64,000 bases of DNA from Octopus vulgaris (taxonomy: Eukaryota), in assembly GCA_951406725.2 (NCBI GenBank), contig OX597817.1:149358001-149422000 (forward strand), in the 5' to 3' direction. Positions within the stretch are counted from its first letter, which is position 1. The number at the start of each line of letters is the position of its first letter. The position numbers and the translations under genes were made by a program. Below are positions 53,895-64,000 of this stretch, one piece after another. The notes below the pieces were generated by a model. It did no database searches. It was given only the letters and a program-made list of their open reading frames with translations, and was not told the DNA's origin.

Positions 53895-54662
53895 TTTTAT
53901 CCTTTACTTGTTTCAGTCATTAGATTGTGGCCATGCTGGGGCATCGTCTTGAAGAATTTTTAGTCGAAAGAATTGACCCCAGGATTTTTTTTAAAGCCTG
54001 GTACATATTCTATCTGTTTTTTTACCCCCGAACCACTAAGTTATAGGGACGTAAACACACCAACACCAGTTGTCAAATAGTGGTCGGAGAAAACACACAC
54101 ACGGAGAAACACACCACACACACACACACACATACAAAGAGCTTCTTTCAGTTTCTGTCTACCAAATCCAACCACAAGGTCAGCCTGAGGCAATGAACGT
54201 GGAGGGAGTTATGTATATGTACATATATATATATGATACACGATCCCTATTGATCGTTTTTTTTTCTTTTTATTTTCTTTCCCCTTTACGATCCCTTTTG
54301 ATCGAAAACCTACCCCCATTTTTTATTCTCTCCATTAAAAAAAGCTCTACTTTGTAATCTGTCCCGTCTGTGTGCAGCGCTGTGTGGCTAATAAAGAAAT
54401 ATATATATATATATACACACATACACATAGTATGTGTGTGTGTGTGTGTGTGTGTGTGTTTGTGTGTGTGTGCGTGTGTGCGTGTGCATTCATGAAGGAT
54501 TCCATTTAGTTGCCGTTTACTAAATTCCAAACAGAACCTTCATACTTACTGTTGGAGACACTTGTCGAAAATTGCTGTGCAGCACGATCAGGTCGGGCAC
54601 CGCGTGATTAAGAAACGAGTTTTTTTAACCAAGCGACTCTACCGGCATTATACATACATTCG

Positions 54663-54697
<35 letters not shown>

Positions 54698-54955
54698 CTT
54701 CTTTTTTGTCTTCTTTTTATTTGCTTTAGTTATTAGACTGCGGTCATGCTGGAGCACCCCCTCGAAGCATTATTTTTTAGTCAAACGAATCGACCCTAGT
54801 ACTTTTCTTTTCCTTCTTGTACTTTTAAAGCGCAGTATTTATTCGATCGGTCTCCCTAAGTTACAGGGACGAAAACACACTAACACCGGTAGTCAAGCGG
54901 TTTTGAAGGTACAAACACAAACAGAAAGGCATACACACGCGCACACACACACATA

Positions 54956-55012
<57 letters not shown>

Positions 55013-55160
55013 GCGACGGGCTTCTTTCAGTTTCCGTCCCCCAAATCCGGTCACAAAGCCAGCCTGCCCGAGGCTATAGTAGAAGACACTTACTCAAGGT
55101 GCCATGCGGTGGGACTGAACCCAGAACCATGTGGTTGGGAAACTAACTTATCACACAGCT
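53895..55160 (-). mobile_element. Cluster of family B SINE copies (about 53895-54190, 54480-54640, 54715-55160) plus a plus-strand LINE-like 3' end at 54240-54400
   Basis: Reverse-complement similarity to 9401-9820; 54340-54400 matches 17771-17830. Confidence 0.8.
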
Positions 55161-55581
55161 CCAGTCATGATGTTGATATACTCCTCGAAAGATGTATAAA
55201 ACATTCTCTTAATTTAGCAAGTGGCACCGAGGTAACACAGCGGAATAAGATCGCGGCGCTGAATAGGGCACAAAAGCAACCCCACCCCTACCCAGTGAGA
55301 TTGCACCTAGTTTCCGTCTACTCTCTTCCGCTCACAGCTGTCGGGTAACTCTGCCCCAATGTGCAATGACAATAATAATAATAATAATAATAATAATAAC
55401 TCTTTTAAAGGCACAAGACCTGAAATTTGTGGGCAGGGTTCTAGTCGATTATATCGATCCCCAGTGTTCCACTGGTACCCAGTTTATTGACCCCGGGAGG
55501 ATGAAAAGCAAAGTCGACGTCGACGGAATCTGAACTCGAGCCACATGATTGTGACGCGAATATTTTAACCATTCCGATATA

Positions 55582-55650
55582 CAGTAATCCCTCGCCATAT
55601 CGCGGTTCACCTATCGCGCTTCACCCATAGCGCTTCGCCTATCACGGGTT
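55582..55650 (+). mobile_element. pogo/Tigger-like DNA transposon terminal fragment
   Basis: TA|CAGTAATCCCTCGCCATATCGCGGTTCAC followed by short subterminal repeats ctatcgcg/ctatcacg; only one end seen. Confidence 0.55.
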
Positions 55651-55772
55651 ATTATTTAAGCTTCCGCCGTGGTGTTGTTTTGCATTTATAATATAAGTGT
55701 ATACAAATTATGAAATTATAAAAGATATATGCATATACATATATATACATATACATACATACACACACACAC

Positions 55773-55844
<72 letters not shown>

Positions 55845-55907
55845 GTATATATATATATATATATATATACAGGAGTGGTTTGTAGGAGCAGGTGTGGCAG
55901 TGTGGGA

Positions 55908-56090
55908 AAAGCCTTCTGAGTGGATTTGGTAGACGGAAACTGAAAGAAGCCCGTTGTATATATGTGTGTGTGTGTGTGTGTATGTGTGTGTGTTCGTGTG
56001 TCTGTGTGTGCTTGTTTGTCTGTGTTTGTCCCCTCCAACATCGCTTGACAATCGATGCTAGTGTGTTTACGTCCCCGTAAACTTAGCGAT
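55908..56090 (+). mobile_element. SINE family B, central fragment
   Basis: gagtggatttggtagacggaaactgaaagaagcccg...gtccccgtaaacttagcg. Confidence 0.88.
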
Positions 56091-56624
56091 ATATGTATAA
56101 GTATGTATATGTATGCATCCATGTATGTATGTATGCATGTATGTATGTATGTATGTATGCATGTATGTATGTATGTATGCATGTATTTATGTATGTATAA
56201 ATTTTTTGCTTTTTTAAAAAAATTTTTTGCTTATGCAGGATACTGCTTTGTAATTCCAGGAAACACGAGTTTTCGTTTACGTATGGTTCATGTTTGATTA
56301 ATGACTTTGTTATATACGATACAGCATAATGTCTCTCTATATTAATTGTGCTTTCGAAACACCTGTGAATATCAAACAGTAATATTACAGTCTTGTGCTT
56401 AACTCGGCACAACCACCCTTTTCTATCTTACATGTACATTCATGCTTAACATTTATAACTTATGTTACAATTAATTTTGCACTTGTCGTGAAGTCGCTCT
56501 GCAGATGGTGGAACGGAGAACGCTTGATAAGTCGGTTCGATTCCCGTTAGAAACGGTGTTTCTCTTTCCAAAAAGACAAAGCTTATAATTTTTAATATGA
56601 CTGTGTATATATATACATATATGC

Positions 56625-56708
<84 letters not shown>

Positions 56709-56709
56709 G

Positions 56710-56741
<32 letters not shown>

Positions 56742-56763
56742 TGTATGTATGTATGTATGTATG

Positions 56764-56798
<35 letters not shown>

Positions 56799-57191
56799 GT
56801 ATATATATATATATATGCTTGTAGACTTGTGTTTATCACCTGAATATATCTACTCTTTGTATCTATCTATCTATCTATTTCTCTGTGTGTGTGCCGGTGT
56901 GTGTGTGTGTGTGAGTGAATGTGTGTGTGTGTGTGTGTGTCCGTGTGTGTGTGTGCACGCGTGTTGATTTGAATGTAAAAGGGCTGTGATATCACTTCGG
57001 TGTAGTGTTTAGCACAGTTTACTACAGTTTACTACAGACACAGCGTTCAAATCGTGTAAACGTCGTTAACGTAATTTCTACCGTTTGCTTGTTTTTATTA
57101 GATACATGAGTGTGCATGAGAGCGCGCGTATTTGCTATATCCATATAAATATATGAGAGATAAATAATCGGATGGATAGATTAGCGAGTTC

Positions 57192-57875
57192 AAGGCGGCG
57201 AGCTGGCAGAAACGTTAGCACGCCGGGTGAAATGCTTAGCGGCATTTCGTCTGCCGTTACGTTCTGAGTTCAAATTCCGCCGAGGTCGACTTTGCCTTTC
57301 ATATTTTCGGGGTCGATTAAATAAGTACCAGTTACGCACTGGAGTCGATATAATCGACTTAATCCGTTTGTCTGTCCTTGCTTGTCCTCTCTGTGTTTAG
57401 CCCCTTGTGGGTAGTAAAGAAATAGGTATTTCGTCTGCCGCTACGTTCTGAGTTCAAATTCCGCCGAGGTCGACTTTGCCTTTCATCCTTTTGGGGTCGA
57501 TAAATTAAGTATCAGTTGTCTTACGTTCTATCCCACTTCGTGGCACCTTGGGCAAGTGTCTTCGGCTATAGCCCCGGGCCAACCAAATCCTTGTGAATTT
57601 GTAGAGTTGAAACGAAAGAAGCCCGTCGTGCATATATATATATATATTTATACATTGTTTGTATGTGTGCGTGAGTTTGTATTTGTCTTCCCATGCCCAC
57701 TACTTGTCAACCAGTGTGGGTTTGTTTACGTTCTTATAACATAACTGTTCGGCAACAAGTCATCATGGAATAAATACCTAGCTTTAAGTGTGTACTGCGG
57801 TCAATTTGTTCGACCAAACGCTTCAAGGCGGTGCTCCAGTATGACCGCAGTCCAAAGACTAGAACAAGTGAAAGC
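57192..57875 (+). mobile_element. SINE family A dimer (57192-57517) followed by a family B copy (57530-57875)
   Basis: Direct similarity to the other copies. Confidence 0.9.
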
Positions 57876-58051
<176 letters not shown>

Positions 58052-58742
58052 GACAGAGGCAGAGATACAAAGATCGACTTATTTTCATCCTTTAGGCGTC
58101 GATGATGTTTTGGGGTATGCAAGTTCAAATCCACCACCCACCCACATTTGCCAGCGAATAATGGTAATTCCGAGTAATTCCGAGAGCAAGCATAAGCATT
58201 CTAAAGAACCAACAGAAGTGTAGTTTCTTTGATTCCTTCGGAATATTCACTGCCACTGCACACACACACACATATAATAGGCGGCTGTGTAAATATACAC
58301 ACATATATATTTTATATATATTTACACACACACACACATATATATGTATAAACATAAAGGTATTTTTATGCATATGTATACACACGGCATCTTTTACTTA
58401 CTATGTGATGTATCATTGTGAGCCAGCGTGTATAAAAATCGATTTTCTACGTTAGATGTATGAAACATTGATAAAAAGATATCCATGAATTCATAGACAG
58501 CGTCTGATGCGGGACGGTGGGACAGAGAAGATAATATAGGCTGTGTGGTAAGTAGCTTGCTTACCAAACACATGGTTCTGGGTTCAGTCCCACTGCATGG
58601 CACCTTGGTCAAGTGTTTTTCTACTAGAGCCTCGGGCTAACCAAAGTCTTGTGAGTGGATCCGGTGTCATGTATGGGGGCAGAACCTGGAACCATGCGGT
58701 TGGGAAGCCAGCTTCTGACTACACAACCACCTCTGCGCTCGA

Positions 58743-59225
<483 letters not shown>

Positions 59226-59289
59226 GAGAGAGAGAGAGACAGCAAAGTGTACGTACACGTACGCCGCTATATTTTTTTATGTATAAAAA

Positions 59290-59495
59290 ATACAAAAATA
59301 TGGTACAAAAACGCAAAACATCCAAACAGACGATACAAAGAAAACAAGGACGGGTCATTGGAGCAATCTCGAGTATAGCCAGCCGAAATTGAAAAGATAA
59401 TCTGGAACTTGACTGAGGACAGAAAACATCCAGACAGTCCCCTTTTTGTATCACCTAACTGTCTGGATGTTTTGCGTTCTCGTCCCATTTTTGTA
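59290..59495. mobile_element. Fold-back element with about 38-bp imperfect terminal inverted repeats
   Basis: tacaaaaatatggtacaaaaacgcaaaacatccaaacag versus the reverse complement of ctgtctggatgttttgcgttctcgtcccatttttgta; internal perfect 16-bp IR at 59423-59438/59458-59473. Confidence 0.75.
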
Positions 59496-60264
59496 TATAT
59501 ATATATACACACACACCACCACCACCAACAACAACAACAGCAACAACAGTCCCATTGCTTGTGCTACCCTTGTTGTTGTTAATCGGTGCGAATTCGGAGA
59601 TATACTCTGAAATATACTGGGATCCCCACACAAGACTAATTTTCTCTTTGCGTAAATGAGCGCCACCTGCCCCACGGCCTTATTGATATTCATTGCTTAT
59701 GAAAAACTAAATGAGATTCGGTTTGAATGAAGTTGTTGTTGAACTGGTACTGGGCCATGTGAGATAAAGTAATTATAAAAGGGCCTCACATGCGTAGTAG
59801 GTACGGATTCGCAAGATTTCTAATATCTTAGGTCGATCCCCTATTAATTCATTAATGCATTCAGCCAGAGGCTGAGGCCACGCTGGGATGCTGCACTTAG
59901 CATCCATGCTTGCTTAGCTCACACTCATTTCTCGATCCTGTCCCCGGAATCCGTCGTGGTGAAATAGTGAGTTGGGCACAGTCACTTTTCTTTGTCTTGC
60001 AGTGATGCGGGTTCATCTGGTATAGCAGATGAAAATTTTTTGGGGGTTTGTTTAAATATTTTTACATCTACCACTCGTAGATCTCTGAGGCATTTTGGCT
60101 GGGAATTGAATAGTTGCGATCGCTTGAATCCTAAACTGTTACGGTATTGGCTCCTTACTCTGAACGAAAAGGGCAGGATCTTTGGAACTACGTAGCGGCG
60201 TCCAGTTCAGAAATAGGGGTACTTTTCGATCGCAAATTTGGGAGCTACACTTTCCAGGTCATCT

Positions 60265-60674
60265 TTTTTACTCTTTTACTTGTTTCAGTTATTTGACTGT
60301 GGCCATGCTGGAGCACCGCCTTGAGTCAAGCAAATCGACCCCAGGACTTATTCTTTGTAAGCCTAATACTTATTCTATCGGTCTCTTTTGCCGAACCGCT
60401 AAGTTACGGGGACGTAAAGACACCAGCATCGGTTGTCAAACGATGTTGAGGGGACAAACACAGACACACAAACATATACACATACACATATATATGTTTA
60501 AACATATATACGACGAGCCTCTTTCAGTTTCCGTCCACCAAATCCACTCACAAGGCTTTGGTCGGCCCGAGGCTACAGTAGAAGACACTTGCCCAAGGTG
60601 CCAGGCAGTGGGACTGAACCTGGAACCATGTGGTTCGTAAGCAACCTACTTACCACACAGCCATTCCTATGCCT
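60265..60674 (-). mobile_element. SINE family B, full length
   Basis: Reverse complement of 9401-9820. Confidence 0.94.
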
Positions 60675-60706
60675 ATGTATATATATATATGTATATATAT
60701 ATGGTC

Positions 60707-60760
<54 letters not shown>

Positions 60761-61152
60761 ACATATACACCTCAGTACCTATTCTGTTGCACCTTCAGAT
60801 TAATTTTAAAAGGTTCTGTATATCATTAGAATGGAATTCACAACGAGAAGAATTCAATAAAGCGTTTTTATCTCTATTGAATGGAATATATATTCTAAGT
60901 CTTCATTACACCATAGCGACCGTGAAGTAAAGCAATGTACCTATCGTGATTTTTGACACCTGGGATGTCATTATGCATGGAAAATGGCAAAAACCGGTCG
61001 CATTCTGTCACGTGAGTGGGCTCAAGCAAATGTACGCTCTATGAGGTTTATGAAAGCTATATCGATTATGTGGAACTTTCTGAAACTATCTGGTCGATGA
61101 AAACATGGCCAATAGTGCATCCGGTCAGCGGCGTGACGCTACCGCCACTCAC

Positions 61153-61180
61153 CTGTTACTTCACAGGAAGATGGCTTCAT
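61153..61180 (-). CDS. Candidate exon end with perfect donor CAG|GTGAGT; MKPSSCEVT + phase 1
   Basis: Consensus donor at 61152 in unique sequence; ATG at 61180. Confidence 0.3.
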
Positions 61181-61747
61181 AAATGGGCTTTATCTAAATT
61201 CAACCTTTGGTTGAATACAAAAGATCGATGCGATCATAACTTATATACATACATGTCTTTATCTAATATACATACATGTCTTTATCTACTTCAAGCTCCA
61301 CTGTTACAATCGAGTAAGTTCATGTCTCTTGGGGTTCCTAAATTCTTATGATGTAAACTTGTGAGTGTGTGTGTGTGTGTGTGTGCGCGTGTGTGTGTGT
61401 GTGTGGCTTCAGCATGCCTTGGCTAGAAAATACACACAAACTTTAATATGGCTTCTTTCGATCACATATTTACATTTATATGTGCGTGTGAGGAGAGAGA
61501 GAGACGATGAAAGAGTGATTATTAAAGAAAATTATTGAATTCCAATTAGCTCGTATAAACAAACAACAAATTACTTCCTAAGAGTAATAATTATCTAATC
61601 ACCATCGTTTGTTATTCTTTTATTGTACTCGTTTGTTGTTTGTGTTGTTGTTGCTGTTTGTTTGTTTGTTTGTTTGTTGAGCGAAGCGATCTTCGTCCCA
61701 GAGCTCGCAAGATCGCGCCTCAGGATTGTCTGTAGTGGGAGAAGTCC

Positions 61748-62060
61748 GTAACGTGGTCCTTTGCTATTCGTAAGACCCGCAGAAGAGAAAGCAGGTCATC
61801 CTCGACACCGACGGATGGATGAATGCGCATCCAGGCTCAGCGGTTGCGTAGGAAGTCGGGGACAAGAAACAGGAAGAAAGAGTGAGAGAAAGTTGGAGAG
61901 AAAGAGTACAACAGGAGTCACCACCACCCCCTGCCGGAGCCTCGTGGAGCTTTAGGTGTTTTCGCTCAACAAACACACACAACGCGCGGTCTGGGAATCG
62001 AAACCGCGATCCTCCGACCGCGAGTCCGCTGCCCTAACCACTGGGCCAGTGCGCCTCCAC
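61748..62060 (-). mobile_element. SINE head C + tail T5
   Basis: Head C as at 44234; different tail (minus strand ...tcttctgcgggtcttacgaatagcaaaggaccacgtt). Confidence 0.9.
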
Positions 62061-62524
62061 TTGTCGTTGCTATTGTTGTTAAGGTCATCGCTAAGCTCTC
62101 CATGTTAAAATCCGAGATGAAATATCGAATGATTTTCGCCCAAGATTTGAACGTTTCTAGAGAAAATTTGCTCGTGACAGAGAAAGGTCCCTCGAATAAG
62201 TTTGGTTAAAGACTTTGTTTTCCTTTCGGAATATGGTTCTACGCTGAAAAGACTGCTCAGTGAGAACTTGTCTTTTGGGGCCAAATAACTGTCTTTTGAA
62301 GATATCGCTGTCAGTTTATTAAATGAGTAATCGTAGTCACGTATCCTGTTATATTTGTATAAAGTCATTTTACATTTACGTAGGTGCGAACGAGCTTTTG
62401 TGTGTGCTTGCGTGTTTCAGCACGTGGTTCTAGATTCTAGCCACATACATGCATATTTGCATATATACATATATACACACACACACGTACATTCTTATAT
62501 ATTCTTTGTTCCAACAAATCTGTG

Positions 62525-62960
<436 letters not shown>

Positions 62961-64000
62961 TGCAGTTCTTGCCAACGAATACGTCTGATATGTAGCATAG
63001 AACAGATGGTATATTTGACTCTATAAACATTGATTCCCTCTAAACCGTCTTTGGAGTAGAAAACAGCCATTAACGATAAGTACAGGGCTATATAAGAGGT
63101 TTATGATGGACCAATATTATTGCAAAACTTGACTGGCTAATATAATTGACATGGAATATTTGCAGTGTAGTACTAAAGCTCTGAAAACAAAAATACAATA
63201 CAAAAATTATGGATTTGCTATATATTTTTACATAAAGATAATCCACTTTACTCCCCTCCTTCAATATTGTCCTCTAGTTTTATTATCCTAACATCTGATG
63301 GTACAAATTTGATAAACCCACTTAAGTTTGTAAGTTGGCTATTCCCATTTGCTTGGGTTTCAGATTTTCATCTACGCTTTCGTTGTCATTTTTATCGCCC
63401 GCTTTATAGATTTTTTGACATGATAGCTTCTAGTTTTTTTGTTGTTTTTTTTAGTTTTCGGTTGTTGTTGTTGTTCATTAGCTCTTGTTTTCATTTGAAA
63501 ATATTTTACGCTTTGTTCAGTTTTATATCAGTGATATCTGAGTCTTTGTCGGGGGACGGGGTGGGCGTCAGACTTGAAGGGGCCGTCATTTTATTTGCAT
63601 CTTCTCCCCTATTCCTGGTGGGTTCTCGACAGAATTTGTAAGTCATCGGCCAACAAAATGCTTTTCGGTATTCATTTATGAATGTTTAGATTCGTGAGTT
63701 CGAATCTGGTCGTGGGAGACTTCCCTTTTCCTGACTCTGAAGTCAATAAACTGAATTATTTATCACGTATTCAGATCGATACAAAATACTAAAAATAAAG
63801 ACATTCTCTGTTCCTTCCCTACCCTCTTTGTGTACCATGTGCAGAAATTTGCAGTAATACCGTATATAAAGCTAGTATTCAATAGTAGATGTTTTACATA
63901 GACGTCTTTTCAAAGTTTCGCTGTTGCTACTAAAATTTTTGTTTTATTCAAACATCTTGTCGTCGTCCATTGGCTGCGAAAATATTGTAAAAAAATGTAC

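Noticed and set aside
59659-59675. Partial CTCF-like site GCGCCACCTGC
   Set aside because: Lacks the conserved CCA end of the motif and is isolated.

Overview
Eukaryotic, AT-rich, extremely repeat-dense DNA that is largely intronic or intergenic. The SINE families and microsatellite load look like an octopus (coleoid cephalopod) genome; this is an inference from pattern recognition, not a database result. Almost every ORF in the track is a translation of (TA)n, (CA)n, (TATC)n, (ATT)n or (CAT)n repeats or of SINEs, and no cellular gene can be named. Supported content: (i) many tRNA-derived SINE copies from about five families (labelled A-E here, my own labels), including multimers and head/tail chimeras; (ii) decayed LINE fragments (Tx1/L1-like at 24.8-25.6 kb, CR1-like at 29.3-29.8 kb); (iii) hAT-, pogo- and Helitron-like non-autonomous DNA elements; (iv) fold-back elements in TA repeats carrying minimal hammerhead-ribozyme-like motifs of the kind known from Penelope-like retroelements; (v) a few unique islands with splice signals (candidate exons on both strands), a tandem CTCF-motif pair and a GC-box/CRE/E-box/TATA cluster. 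Repeat boundaries are approximate (about 10-20 bp).
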